From the NCBI RefSeq assembly GCF_009914755.1, contig NC_060947.1: DNA of 64,000 nucleotides; one strand, given 5' to 3'. Numbering within the stretch: position 1 is the stretch's first letter; every line of letters starts with the position of its first letter. The notes below the pieces were generated by a model. It made no database searches and was not told the origin of the DNA. It saw only the letters and a program-made list of their open reading frames with translations. Made by a program: the position numbers and the translations under genes. Below, one piece after another: positions 31,232 to 49,500 of the stretch. The stretch is from the human T2T-CHM13v2.0 reference genome, Homo sapiens.

Positions 31232-32243
31232 AACTCCATGGAATCTTCTCCTGTGATATCTGACTCGACCGCTAACTGGAGGACTGGTTCCTGGACCCAT
31301 TCCATTAAACTACATTATAAACCTTGTTGCCTTCACCCTTCAGCCTCCCGCTCCAGGCACATCCCACCTTACCTCTCACTTGGCTGATTTGACCTTCTCT
31401 TTCACCCACATGCCTAAGACCTGCCCTGACAATCAGAGTAGGGACTACAAGAGTGTATGGTGTATGAGGTTCTGAACTCCCATCACCACCGAGGCCAGTC
31501 CTAGTTCTTGGTCCAGGGAGAAGTCTAGGCAGGATAAATCATATCTTACCTCAAAAAACCCTTAGCGTATCTTGCCATGTGTCAGCAGGCAAACTTGAGG
31601 AAGCCCTGGTTCTATTTCACCTGGCAGGGGAGCCTATAAGGAGAGCGATGCCCACTCCTATACCACCCTTGTAACCCAGTAGACTTGCCCCATATGCCCC
31701 AACTCATAGCACCTAAAATGGGTCTCCAGGGTCCTTGCCCTGTTTATAGTATCCATCCTGAACCATTCGTTTTGACCCATAATAATAGTGATAGTATAAT
31801 GGCTACCAGTTATTGATAATGTATCATGTGACAGGCATTGGGCTAAACTCTTGACAAGCACCATCTCACTACATTCTTACAGTAACACAACTTGTTCTTG
31901 TGTTGTCAGCTTCTGACCTCTTGATCTGTTGTTTATGGCCTTTGTCTTGTCCCTCAGTGGGGGTTCTCTAGCTCTGACCTCTGGGTGACCCCCTCAGTTG
32001 TTGATTGCTCTCACTCCCCTTGGCTGTTGTGCTTCATGGCCAGCACTCTTGATGAGGGTCTTGGTCTATAAACAGGCATAGATAGCTAGAACATAATGTG
32101 AGCAGTGTTTGCCTTCAGGTGGTGGGGTTATGGGTAGTTTTTATTTTCTTCCTTCTACTTCTCTATACATTTCAGATTCTCTACAGTAAGCATGTGTTAC
32201 ATTTGTAATTATAAAAGTAAGTAAACTTCATTTATGAAAAAAG
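31232..32243 (+). other. RTL9: Probable RTL9 3' UTR
   Basis: Follows the stop codon. No canonical AATAAA seen; variant signals ATTAAA 31304, TATAAA 32210 and AGTAAA 32220, with an A-rich stretch at ~32237. End position inferred. Confidence 0.55.
32115..32243 (+). mobile_element. Ancient L1M (L1MC/ME-type) extreme 3' end
   Basis: ggggttatgggtagtttttattttcttc...ttctctacagtaagcatgtgttacatttgtaattataaaa resembles old L1 termini. Confidence 0.55.
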
Positions 32244-34808
32244 AGTTCATTGTGGCTCCTAGAATTTGATTTACTGAGTCCTTTATTCAACCAATATTAG
32301 TTATGTAACTTATGTCAGCTACTCTTTGGGGGACAGACGGATAAGAATCCTGCTGATATGAACATTCCATTCCAATGGAGTGGGGAGAACAAGAACACAC
32401 TGAACTTAGATTGGAATTGTGAAGGCTGTGAAGAGAAGAAATCAGGACAATGGGGAATTTGATGCAAATAAGACCAATTTATGTATTCAATAGTAGTCCA
32501 TATAATTGAGTTACTCAAAGATCTTTCAACAATAGTAGGAGAGACATGATTAGAAACTTATTTTATATAGTTAAATTGGCAACAGTTTGGAGACAGGATG
32601 GAGGAAGGGATCAGAGAGCAGCTGAGCCCTCTACTGCAATAGTCCAGGTAACTGACTGGCTAGGTGACTCAATCTAGGGTGGTGGCAGCAGAGATGATAA
32701 TTCAGGAACAGAGACCTAACCTTCTCTGAGGACTCAAGTCCACTGCTCCAGGACTCAAGTCCACTGCTCCATTACCCTAAACTTTGTGTCTGATTTCAGG
32801 AAGAGGAAAATGATACTCAGGAAAGACAGATTGGCAGATAAATCGCCAGCCCCATGATACTGTACATAAGAATCTGGCTGTGTGGGTTGCCTGCAGCTGC
32901 CTCAATCACCAGTGCTTTTACCTCAGGAAAAAGAAGGTGCAATAAGTCAGGAAATATGAATTCCAGAAAGAGAGATGGCCAGCCCCTAGGGACCCAGCTT
33001 TCCCCTTCTTCTCTGGGTCTGTTGGCTTACACCTAGCCCAGTCCAAGACTGAGTGGAGTTTGGACGTCCTTTTTCAGCCAGGCTTGCTTTTAGCTAGGAA
33101 AAGCACTGTCGAGTTTTCTCTCTGCTGAAAAAGAAATGGAAAACATAGAATTCACAACCTATGCCTGGAAAATGTATACAGAAAGGACAGTGTCTTAAAA
33201 ATGAACCTGATTTTCTTATAGCCATGATAATGGAGAAGGATGGCAATTCTTTATTTTTCTCCCTAGCCATTCTTCTTCTTTTTGTTTTTGCTGTCCTCTC
33301 CTTCAAGCTAGCATCACTAGAGATAAATGGAACAAATGAAGCCCAATCATACCCTGCCAGAGCTCAGTCCCTGTTCTTCTACCCATCCTAAAGGTTTTAT
33401 TTAGAAATGTTTCAAGAGCCCCTCAGCATCTACGTGGAGCTGGGCTATCATATGCCCAAGTACTTGACACCATTTCATCTGCTATAAAATGGGGTTTCAA
33501 GTTTCTCCAGGCCTCACTGGTCCGTGGGTAAAAATAAAGTCCCATAAGTAGGAAAATCTTGGATGTCATGGACCCCTGTCCCCACCTGTGTTACAGAATC
33601 TCAATCCCTTGAAGGTTTCCCCCAATGATTTGTGGCAGATTTCAGAAGTTTCACATGCTCTGAGATAGTCCTCTCCTGTTGTTCTTTGACTCCTACCTTG
33701 CCCCATGGGGGTCAGCTGCCCACATTGCCACCTGAGGGGAGCCACTACACCCCACCTAGATACTGGCGGGTGCTTCTGGCTGTGAGAACACAGAAATCCC
33801 TCCTCAGAGGAGGCGTGGATTCTGGAGTGCTCACAGCTGCACACCTGAGTGGAGCCTTAGTGGTGCTGCCTTCTCTTTGGTAGCCTTGGCTGATGGAACT
33901 GATGGCTCCCCCAGAAGGGTGGAAATGCCTCTTTGAATTCCGTGCCACACATTATTACCTGGACACCAAAAAAACATTGCTTCTACCACGCGTCTCAGTG
34001 AGGCCCCCGTGAGAAAAACAGCTTCAGCTTCTACCTGCAACAACATCTCCCTGCCCTTGCTCAAACGTTCAGACTTGGTTCCTGTGTCAAGAACAAAGGC
34101 CCTCAGGTCCTCTATCCAGACCCACACTTCAGCCCCCATTTCTGTGTTTTTCTACCCGGTCTCTACTCCCGCTGAGTAGAGACTCACCCAAGGTGCTGTA
34201 AGTCCAGATCTCTTCCAAATCACTTTGTTCCAGGTGATGAAATGCCAGGAACACTCTCCACACAACCAATCTTTGGGGCACAGCTGGAGAGCAAATGTCA
34301 ACCTTTCCTCTTCCTTCATCCTTCTACCATCCTCTCACCCACCAACCTCATCTCTGTTTCTGCTCCTCAGGGAACAGTATAGAGAACTTTCTCTTAAAGA
34401 CCACTATTCCCATACAAGTACAGGCTCAGGTTGCTGCTGAATGATGAATTCCTCAGACAGTTTCAGGTCATTTCTGAGTTTCACTTTGGGCTCAGCCAGG
34501 CTCAGTCCACTGGACTACTGGACTACACTGGACTACTTTGATCAGCTCAAATGAGGGACCCTTCCCCTCCATTTCTTCCAATACGCCATTGCTTCAGACA
34601 TTGAGGCACTCTCAACCTCATTCTCCAATCAGAATATTACAGATAAAATAACTCATGCTATAGAGAGACTGGCCCCCTATGGATTGTGTGTTTTCTTCCT
34701 CCTCACATGGTCTGAAAGCAACTTGAACAACTGTGGGACAGGGGAAGCAAGCTGCTAGATCTCTTATGACCAAAGGGAAGATTTGTAGGAGAATAGACAT
34801 TATAGTAG

Positions 34809-35214
<406 letters not shown>

Positions 35215-35398
35215 TAACAAGCTGGATAGTTTTAAACACGTAGGACACTGTATCTCTTGAGACTTCAGTTTCCTCTTCTCTAAAATAGGAGTAATTATCA
35301 TTGTTCTGCAAACCTCACAGCATTGTGGGGTAAAGATTTGTGATAGTGCTTGGAAAAATCAAATGCAAGACATACAAATGTAAGATCTTGTTATTGTC

Positions 35399-36146
35399 TG
35401 TTGAGGGGGATCAGAATATGCCACCGCCAAATATGTCACTTTAGCATTGTGATTATTTTGAACTGAGGGCAATTAAGAGGTGCAATTAAGGAGTAGCAAA
35501 TGCAGAAAGAGTTCTTTGCACCCCCATATGCGTTAAAGTAGGACATAAATTTCCCTTTGTGAAGATGTTTTTCCTTTCCTCTCCTGTACCATGAAAAAAC
35601 AATCATCATCACTAGAGACAGAAAGTCAGCATGAACATAGGTCTGCATAAACAAACTTTTCTAAAATAACCTGTATCTTCTATTAGTTTCATATATATTA
35701 TATATAGTACATATATTATATATTATATATATATATTTTATATATATATAGTTTTTGAGGGTACAAGTGGTTTTTGGTTACATAGATGAATTGTATAGTG
35801 ATGAAGACTGAGATTTTAGTGCACCTGTCACCCAAGACACTCATATATTTACCTTCCCACAATTTACTTCCCCTAGAAGCCCAAGCCTCTTTTCCTTTGT
35901 CTTGTCACTTCTCCATAAATTGTCACCCTTTGTTAAAATGGCATATAAGCCTCTGGATCTTACCACTTCTTTGTGTCTTCAGTTATTTTCTCTGAAAGCC
36001 CCTGTGCATGTAACAATTGAAATATTAATATCAAACAAAATTTGTATTTCTTTCCTCCTGTTTAAATCTGTCTTTTATTAGTGTAATTTTCAGGTCCCAA
36101 TTACAGAACTAAGAAGGTAGAGGAAAAGAATGTTTCCTCTCTTACA
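35399..36146 (+). mobile_element. MER34-family (ERV1) solo LTR interrupted by (TA)n and a short antisense L1PB-like 3' end (~35690-35840)
   Basis: TG...cagaatatgccacc..aaatatgtcacttt start and aggaaaagaatgtttcctctcttaCA end; tcatatat repeated either side of the L1 insert. Confidence 0.7.
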
Positions 36147-36329
36147 CTTGCTTGGCCATGAGGGTGTTGGGAAGTGGATGGGTTAGGATAGGACTAGTTG
36201 GGACATCTTCAGAATCCAATCTCTTTAGGGGTTCTATTTAAACTGTGAAGGCAGGTTTAAAAGTAAATCCAACACAGAAAACTGGCAAAAGCCATAGTTT
36301 AATATTAGCACCTATGGAGCACTTAACTA

Positions 36330-36565
36330 CTGAGCACTTAACACAGGCTCAAGCTCTGGACTAATTACATTATCTAGATTATCTCATGTAATCTTTACAA
36401 CAACCCTGAGAAGTGGATGGTCTCATTAATCCTATTTTACAGACCAGGAATCTGAGTCACAGAAAGGCTAAGTAACTGGCCCAAGGCTGCAGAGCTAAGA
36501 GGCAGCAGAGCTGGGATTTGAGCACGTGCAGTCTGACCCTAGAGCCTATACATGCAATGCTCCAC
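36330..36565 (-). mobile_element. MIR SINE
   Basis: cctattttacagaccaggaatctgagtcacagaaaggctaagtaactggcccaagg. Confidence 0.8.
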
Positions 36566-37821
36566 TGTATGCACAGCTTTGTTATTCAGAACCAGATGGC
36601 TCTTGTAAGCATTCACCCTCTTCTCCCGAACAAATTTGCCACCGAACAGCGACCGATATTTGAAGTTCATAAAGTTGGAGGCCTGAGCAAAAATGGCCCT
36701 GCTTTTCTCTTTCCCTGTCTTAGATCCAGATGTGAATCTTCCTGGAGGTATTTGGGGAATGTCTTCAATATTCAAGGAAAAGTATCAAAAATTGTGGAAT
36801 TTTATTGAGCTCAAGAGATTCTGCCAAGGGTCTCACTGTAGCCTCAGAGTGCAGTAGTCTCTGTTCTGAGCTCTGGCCTAAGAAGGAGGATAAGATTCTC
36901 TCCTAAACATCTTCCCTTTGAGCAGATATACGTCTTGGACCCAGATTGTGTGTGGAAGGGTATAGGATTCTGAAAGTGGAAGGCATTTTTATGGTTACAC
37001 CAATAGCTGACACTTCTTTCTCATCACTTATTTCTCCCTCCTTTTCACTTCTCCCTCAGGAAAGGGGAAATGTGGGTAAGGAAGAAAAATGATTAGTCCT
37101 TTAGATACTCCATATTGCTGCCTTCCAACAGCACCCCTCTCCCACGGATGGTTAACCTAGTTTTAACGTCGAGGGGGAATACACACACTAAAAAGGCACC
37201 AGACACTTCTGGTTTTAGCAACTTGGTAGATAACCTAAAGTGGTTTTTCCCATTGGAGACTCAGAGAAATGTTGGGTAAAGTGTGAGAAAAAACTCACAA
37301 CTGAGCCTGACATAAAGAAGGAACATCCCCAGGGACAAAAAACAAAGAGGTATCTTAACAGCAGACCAATAAGTTGTTGAGCTCTCTAAGGCTTGTGTAG
37401 TGGAGTGAGAAGAGATCTAGGCTAACTACATACAGTGTTAGAGGAGCCAAACTCTGGACCTCTATATTCCATATACTCTGCTCTGCTCAACTATCATGCA
37501 AGAATACGAATGAAACAACAACATTTTCTGACAAAACTGAGACAATTCACCATTCTTAAAAAACGTGCTGTACTTTGAACTAGGCTGGGCCTGGGACAAC
37601 AGACAAAATTTTTAAAAAAGAAGCCCCTGCCCTTTGACAAACTTTGCTGAAAATTTCACTGGTTTAAGCACTGATGTGTAAGTGGATATTAAACAGAGTG
37701 ACCCTTGCTTTCCCACAATTTCCTCTAATAGCTTTTTAAAAATTTATTATATTTTGGTAACAGCTTTATTAAGACATAATTCACATTCCATATATGTCAC
37801 CCATTTGAAATGTGTAGTTCT

Positions 37822-38126
<305 letters not shown>

Positions 38127-39576
38127 GTAAAGTGTATAGTTCAGTGTTTTTTAGTGTATGCACATAGTTGCAGACCATCAACATAATCTAATTTCAGAAC
38201 ATTTTCATCACCCCAAAAAGCAATCCCATACAATTGCATTTCTGTGATGGATAATGATGTTGAGCTTCCCTCTGATATGTTTTTATTACAAAGATAACCA
38301 TCCTGCAACATATTGACATGAATATTGTTGGGAGGCTCCGCTCTGGAGAATATGCTGGGAGAAGCCGTGGTACTCTTTGCTCTCTAGCCCACCCCTAAAT
38401 GTGCTATTGCCTCAAACCACTTTAGGATATTGGTGAGTTTAGAGAGGCAGATACTCCTGGCCCTGCTTAGACCCATAACAACTTTCAGCTGCTGCCTTGT
38501 GCAACAGAGATTACCTAAGAGCAAAGGTGAGTGTGGGCTTATATTAATATTTTAAGGTTTGCTGGAGGCCCAGGAACTTGAACTGAAAAGAGAATTCCCA
38601 GGGAAATGTGGCCTCTGTCTTGCGGATTCTTCCTCCTTCCACCAAAACCTAAAATAACCTAAACGCAGAATTCATTACTGTGGTCATTCATTGGAATAGG
38701 ACCCTTTTTTATTCTGACACCACTCAGAGTTTCTCCATAATTCAATCCCCCAAAGTTAACCACTTCCACTCTGAGAGGGAAGGGAGGAAGAGGAAGAGGG
38801 AAGAGAGGGAAAGTGGGGAGTCGGGAGAAGAATAAAATGACTTAAAAATCTGGGTTCCAAATTCCAACTGTGCCAGTGACAACCTGTGTGACTTTGGGGG
38901 GAAGTTACTTGACCATTCTGGGCCTCAGTTATCTCATCTTTACCATTGTTTGACTCTCATTTGGGAGCCAGACCAGGTGATAATTCCCTTCACCTTTGGA
39001 CATGCACCAGGTGTAGGTAGGAAGGTGTCTAAGTGGCCTGGGGAGAGGATTGCTGGGGGAAGCCCACTCTGAGCCATTGCTAGAGGGCAGCATTGTTTCA
39101 GTAATTATTCTAATAATGCTGTCTGGGGTGTGACTGGCTCAGAATTCTTTAATTTAAAAATATAATTTCTTCCTCTTCCATAAGTGGCTTTCTTACAAAG
39201 GGCAGGTAATTTCTGAAAAATTGTAGAGAAACCAGAAGAAGAGTGCTTCTAGCCCCCTGCAAATTTCATTTTCCGTTAACAAATTTAAGGCAGAAAAATG
39301 AAGATTTTATACTTTTATTTCTAATCAAACCTATTTGATTTTGGTCTCCTTTGGATACAATTGCACAAATATATTTTCCTCTTGGAAATTTCCACTAGCA
39401 TCACCAGAGAAATGCTTAGGTTCACTGGAAATCTCTTCCAGAGGTTTGCTTCACAGGTTCAGTGACAAAATTTCTTATCAGGGCATTTATTATTTTCAGA
39501 CTCTTCCTTCTTTGGTTTATATTTATTACAATTCAATAATGGAATACTTAGGAAATTGATTTGTTATAAATAATTA

Positions 39577-39910
<334 letters not shown>

Positions 39911-40719
39911 TTACTTGCCACATTTTACAGTCCGTAAGTTTCTTTATGTCAAGGTGGCATCCCAAGCCACTCAAACCTGGGGAAAACAATATACTGTGTA
40001 TGGCCACAATAACTGTTCAAACCATGTATTTCTAGCTCTGTCTCCTTTGGCATTGCAGATTCTTCAGTCACCCTCTGAAGTCATGCTCTTCCCTCAACCT
40101 CAGTATGCACACATACTATTTCTAGGAGAGGTAGGGGTTGCCTCACATGTGATGTGCTCCGAAAGACAGGTCTATCACCATTCATCAAGGGAAAGAAGAA
40201 AATATACACATTGCAACTATAAGCAGGGGGGCAGATATATTTTCACTTACACATGTATTCCAATTATTTGGTAGTGGTAGAGCATTTTTCAGAAGGATCC
40301 TCAGGTCACATTTACTATCCATAAGAAAGTGCAAGCAAGCAATTAATTACTAATGTCTGCTAAGAACAAGGGTGTGGGTGTATAAATTTAAAAAATTGCC
40401 ATCCTTAAGGTAAAGTCATGCAAGTAGTTTTAATTTATTATTAATAATGATAATAATAAATAATATATATTGAAAATAGCAACATAGGATATTATTTTTG
40501 AAAACCTGGGATGCCTCATAGACTATCCAGGCAATGGCTGGTCCTGGGGGTGCGGAATGTACAGCTGATCCTCAAGAACTCCTAGAATCAGGCACTTGAA
40601 TGCCACCAGTATTCTTGTTTTTTCTTCCTGCTTCGCATCTCTGCATCTCTCTGAACATCGACATCTTTTCATTCTGCAGGCTGACTTTCTCCACGTGGTG
40701 GACAATCTAGGCCCCTAGT

Positions 40720-41038
40720 CCTACACCAATATGGCAGCCACCAGTCACATGTGTATATTGAGCACTTGAAATGTGACTAGTTCAAATTGAGATACACTGA
40801 CTGTAAGTGGAAAGCATTTGCTGGATTTTGAAGGTAGGAAAAAAAAAGAATGCAAAAACATCTCATTAATTAAGAAAACATTGATTGCATGTTAAGGTGA
40901 TAACATATTGGATGTATTGTGCTAAGTAAAATACATTATTAAAATTAACTTCACATGTTTCTTTTTGAATGTGGCAATTAGAAAATTTAAAATTACATAC
41001 TTGGCTCACATTATGTTTCTATTGGACAGCGTAGCTCT
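40720..41038. mobile_element. MER33/MER3-type hAT-Charlie element
   Basis: ccaatatggcagccaccagtcacatgtg...ttgagcacttgaaatgtg...ctattggacagc. Confidence 0.75.
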
Positions 41039-42629
41039 ACAATGTTACAACTTATAGCTACTTGGGGAGTGATTGAGTTCTCTGGGACCACAGCACAAAA
41101 AGTGAGCAAAAGGGGCCTTATTGGTGAAGTTGAGCCAAATGTTCACCCCCTAGAGCATTTCTTTATGGCCCAAGGGAGAGGGTCATGTGGAAACATCGCA
41201 GCTCCTGCTGGGACAGAAAATTGGAGTGGGCAGAGAGACAATTCCCAGAAGAATAGAGGAGGCTGCTGGGTGGATAAAGCAAGACGTATCCTCTAATTCA
41301 GAATCATTCTAAATGCCTTTTGTAAAACCATCAAGCTCCCTCAGCCAATGATAAAGCAAGTTCCATTGATTTTACCTCCACCCACTTTTCTCTGTCCTTA
41401 ATGTATCCACTACTCTGTTAGTTCAGTCACTGTCATCTCAGTCATTTGCAATCACTGGCAAGTGACATTAAAATAAGCATATGACAACCAAATGACTGTT
41501 TCTTCCTTCAAGATAGGCATTTGGGAAGGCATATACCCATTTGCAAGCAAAAGAGTTTGAATTATGTCCAGGTTCTGCCACTCATAATGCATATGACCAG
41601 AGCTAAGTCATGTAGTTTTTCTGGTACTCAGTGTGCACATCTCTAAATTGAGAACAGTATGAACCCTACTTACCAGGGTCATTGGTGATACCTATGGAAA
41701 AACTATTGTGAGAATCCTTTACATGAAAAGGATGTAACATGAAAAGTACTATTTTACAGATTGGATTAAAATGCAAAAAACAGCTGTGCAATGCCTCCTT
41801 TAGAACCGTCTTTGTTGCCGAGACACATTCATCCAATACCCTCAGCAGATCTTCTTGCTTTGAAGGTAGATTTGATTTTGGAAGTGTTCAGAAATCTTTA
41901 AGAATCAAGTCTAGTGAATGATGTATGCTCAAGCTGAGTAATACTAAGTGTGGTTAAAAACAAGAGGTATGAATGTAAAGCAATGGTGCTGGTTTTATTC
42001 TCTCCCCAAGAGAGGTTCCAGAATTTTTTATTACAGTGGCATTCATTGGTAGACTAAGTGGATAATCGCTACTATTGGCTCATCTGATGTACCAGGCTCC
42101 TTGCTCATTTGCATGTGAAGGCACTGAAGTGTTGTTTTTTTTTTTTTTTATGTACACTAAAAGCAGTTTGATTACTGGGGAATCCAACCTCTATGATATC
42201 ATTTTAGGCTTTAAAAACTCTTTCAAAAATTATTTCTCTTGAATATCACCAATAACCCCATAGATAGAGTATGTCCTATGCCCAATTTAGAGATGTGAAA
42301 ACAGAACCAGAGATAACAAATAGTTCTGATGACAAAGCTGACAGAGGTGAAGCCTGGATGTGCTTAGACTATTTGGCTCTGAGCCTGATTTTCCTGTTGG
42401 ACATGCTGTCTTACTGGCATCTCCATTTCTACACGTGTAAATTATAACAATTATAATAATAAAGATAAGACAAAAGTACAGGGAAGTGAAGTGATTTGTC
42501 CAAGGTCACAGCTGGTAAAGTGTTAGAGCTTAGGTTTGAATGCAGAAACTACTCTCAGTCTGCCTGCTGACCTAGGCATTTCCTGAAGCATTCAATTTCT
42601 TTCACAATCAAATCTTCCTTTTTTCTTTT

Positions 42630-42985
42630 TATTTTTGTATAACAGTTTTATTGAGATATAATTGACATATTACATAATCCACCCATTTGCAATGAACAAT
42701 TCAATGGTTTTTAGTATATTCACAGAGTTGTGCAACCATCACCACAATCAATTTTGGAATGATTTTATCACCCCCACAAAAGAAGCCCTGTGCCCATTAG
42801 CAATCACTCCCCATTCCCCACCACCTCCCCAGCCTCCTGAAACCACCAATCTACCTTCTTGTCTGTATAGATTTGCCTATTCTGGACATTACATACAAAT
42901 GACATCATACCTTTAGGGCTGGCTTCTTTCACCAAGCATTTTTTTCAAGATCTGTCCATGTTGTAGCATGTATCAGGACTTCTTT
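42630..42985 (-). mobile_element. L1MB-type 3' end
   Basis: acagttttattgagatataattgacat...tcacagagttgtgcaaccatcacc...tgcctattctggacatt. Confidence 0.8.
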
Positions 42986-42999
42986 TTTGTTTTGTTTTG

Positions 43000-45938
<2,939 letters not shown>

Positions 45939-47916
45939 TACCACCACCACCTTCTTTCCTCAGAAATGCTTTGGGACTGCACAACTTCAGATGTGGCCAA
46001 AAGAGGTATTTGTATTTCCATGTATCTGTGCTCTCTGACAAAATTCTCCTTCCTTTACTCACCTCAATTCAAATACTTTTTTCCCCAGAGTCTCTGATTA
46101 GAAAATTCACTGGATACCTTAAAATAATTGAGATACATGATCTTTGATAAAAACACTTGACCCTATGAGGAACCCCTGGTGATGGCTGCAGAAAAAGGTG
46201 TAGATGTTAATTAGGGAAGGAATCCAAGTATTAACAAGACCAAGATCTCAATTCTTCTCATGGCCTTGACTCAAGCTTTTAATTTCCCTCTGGAGAGAAG
46301 ACCTTTCACCTCTTAGCCAATACTTGGGAAGGACAAAAAGATCAACTTTATATAGCAAGAAGTTCCATTCTGAGTTTAAATTGTGCCCATGTTTGGGACT
46401 TAGATGTATCCTTGCATGCAACTCTACTTGCATGAGGGACTGAGAAGCATCCGGGAGAGAATTTATTCTAACTGGACAGGGTACCAGGCTGGCAGGCTTC
46501 AATTACACAGCATTAGCTGGGGAGAGAAGGATAAATCTGGAGAACACTGTTTTATGTCACTTAGATGTGTTTGTAACTCATCACTCCTTTGACAGAGTGT
46601 AAATAAAATGAGAGACTCATTCCTTTCACTTCACCATAGAACTCGATGAAGCTTTGATGCCTTGAGGACCAAGTGGCAGCCCATGGAAACAGAAGCAGTG
46701 CCTAGCAGAGGTGACAGTGGCCAGCGAATACAGTGGTACCCAGCAAAACCCTGTTATGGAGGCAATGGAGTTGAATCTCAGAATGGCAAAGTGAGTTGTG
46801 AACTATGAAGAATAAACCACATTTTGCTGACTCTGGCCTCTAAGACCTTAAAAGGTTTTTCTGAGTGTTCTGGAGGATGCCTCACAGGTATACAGAAAGA
46901 ATACAGTCAGGAACCATTTAGTGTCTGCCATTTTTCCCTTTAGCACTCTAGCAGACTTTTGCAGACATTACCGCAGCCCAAATTCTGAAATGAGAATACA
47001 ATTAGGTTCCCGGACAGGAGCAGAGGTCATTCACTAGTCTTTGAATTAGCATCAGCGTTTCTAGACCCTAATTAAAATGGCCACATTCTCAGGATCCAAG
47101 GTGCATGAACATATGAACCATATGGAAAAGCCAAATTATTTTGAACTGGAGAGACAAATGTTGGATGAATACTGGCCCAGGCAGAAATGGGATTGCACGG
47201 ATTCAGAGCTGCAGTTCTTGAGTATTATAGAGCCAAATGCTGATAGCTTAATCTACTAAAGTAACTGCTTCATGTTATTAATTTTCAGGGATTTTGTTTT
47301 CTACCGTTTGGTTTGTTGAGCTAATAAGCCTTGAAGGTGGTACAGAACATCAAATACTATCTTCATTTCTGACACCAGGAAGAGGAGGTCATGTGCCACC
47401 AAAGGCAGTGATGAGGCCCAGAAGTCATTAACCACTATTCCTGCTGCTGCTGTTGTTCTCACTTGGCCTTGCTACTGAGGATTCTATCCCTATCATGGGT
47501 ACCTCAGCCTTTAATATTTCTCTTTACCCAAACTGTGTTGTAGTGAAGGTTTGACCTTGACAGGACAGTGATGCTCTTTTGTTAAAAAAAAATCTGGGGC
47601 AAAGATAATTCAAGACATAGATGTGTAGACAACTTGAGGAAATTCACATTCAGAAACATATAATCAGCCATTCATTCATTCATTCATTGGGCATTTATTG
47701 AGTGACTAGTGTATATTTACCTCAATCATAAATGTTTATTGACTACATATATTGCTAAATGAGCATGTAAACACAAATGTGTGACTGTGTCTCTCTTCAG
47801 GTGCTCTGAAGGTAAGCAAAATTGATTTAGCTATTTTCTCTTTGTTATGCATTTCTCCACGTAAACCCTTCACCTTCCTTGGAGAATTATTATGGATGAT
47901 CCAGGAGAGACCCAAG

Positions 47917-48412
47917 TATGATGGACACGTCAATGACTCCACAAAGATATCCATATCCTATTCCTTGGAAACTATGATTATGTTATGTTAAATGTCAAAT
48001 GGGAATTAAGATTGCAAATTAGCTGGCCTTGAGATTGAGCGATTACCCTGGATTATATGTGTGGGCCCATTGTAATCACAAGTGCCTTTATAAGAGGAAG
48101 GGAGAGGCAGAACAGGGAGAACCAGAATGATGTAGCATGAGAAGAACTTGGCTTGATGTTGCTGGCTTTGAAGATAGAGGAGGACCATGACACAAGGAAT
48201 ACAGGTGGCCTCTAGAAGCTGGAAAAGGTAAGAAAGTAGATTACCCCCTAGAACCTCCAGAAGGAATACGGTTCTGCTTACACCTTGATTTTAGCCCAGT
48301 GAGACCCATTTCAGACTTCTGACCTCCGGAACTATAAGGTAATAAATTTGTGCTGTTTTAAATCACTAAGTCAGCATTAATTGGTTACAGAAGCAGTAGC
48401 AAAACAAGTACA
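47917..48412 (+). mobile_element. MLT1D-like (ERVL-MaLR) LTR
   Basis: gctggctttgaagatagagg...gcctctagaagctggaaaagg...acttctgacctcc..aactataag.taataaatttgtg. Confidence 0.85.
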
Positions 48413-48429
48413 CAAATCAGTTGTCTAAA

Positions 48430-48610
48430 TCAATGGTTCCCAACTTTGATGGTGCAACAACCGTAGAGCTTTGAAACTCCTGATGCTCAGGTTACTTCCC
48501 AGACCAATCAGAAACTCTGGGGGTAGACTCAGGTGCATAAGGTTTTTTTTTGTTTTTTTTTAAGCTCCACAGATAATTCCAATGTAGAACAGGATTGAGG
48601 ACCACTGGAC
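48430..48610. mobile_element. MER5B-like MITE
   Basis: caatggttcccaacttt...ggattgaggaccactg inverted ends. Confidence 0.65.
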
Positions 48611-49205
48611 TAAATACAATTTTTGTATCACTATATTTTAACCGTGAAAATCACATTTGGCTGAGAATAATCTCTTCTTGCCTATTTCTACCAGTTTGTC
48701 TTCTAGCAGGACAAGGAAAAGTGAAAAGAGACAAAAGCTCCAGAATCTTTGGACCATGAGGCCCAGAGAGAAGAGCTTAATACAGCCTCCCAAACAGTTG
48801 GAGTGAAAGGTAAAGCATGGCTGGATGCTTGCCTCCAGCTTCTGTTTTGGCAGATTCAGCCTCTTCTAAATGTCTGAGTATGTATTTCTACATAAAATAC
48901 CATTTGTTTTATCTTCAGTATGGCACCTAAAAGTCATTGGAAAATGGACAAATGTTGCCAACTGAATTTTAAAGGTGACCTATCAAGACTTCCATGTGAG
49001 AGAGTAAAGTCAATTGAATGCCCAACCAAGTAATTTCATCACTCACCAGAAAGCAGTGTGAGCCATAACTCACTAGCACCAGCCAGTTTGAGTTTAGAGT
49101 TCTGGATATAGATAAAGTAAATCTGAGAGTTGTTTTCTGAAGAATGAGGACTGAAGAATAGGCTGTATATGAGATTAACAGTGCCTTTAGAAGGAATGGA
49201 TTATA

Positions 49206-49500
49206 CAGACATCCCCTCTATATCCATGAGGGATTGATTCTAGGATCCCCATAGATAACAAAATCTATAGATGCTCAAGTCCCTTATATAATATGGTGCG
49301 TATAACCTACGCATCCTCCTGTATACTTTAAATCATTTCTAGATTACTTATAATACCTAATAAAATGTAAACACTATGTAAATAGTTGTTATACTGTATT
49401 TTAAAAATTTACATTATTTTTATTGTTGTTATTTTTATTATTATTTTCAAATATTTTCTGTCTGCAGTTGGTTGAACGTGTAGATATGGAGGGCTGACTG
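49206..49500 (+). mobile_element. MER2 (TcMar-Tigger)
   Basis: TA|cagacatcccctctatatcc ... gatatggagggctgactg|TA; gatgctcaagtcccttatataa core. Confidence 0.85.

Noticed and set aside
34503-34537. Short ctggacta repeats with a small hairpin
   Set aside because: Too short; consistent with simple slippage.
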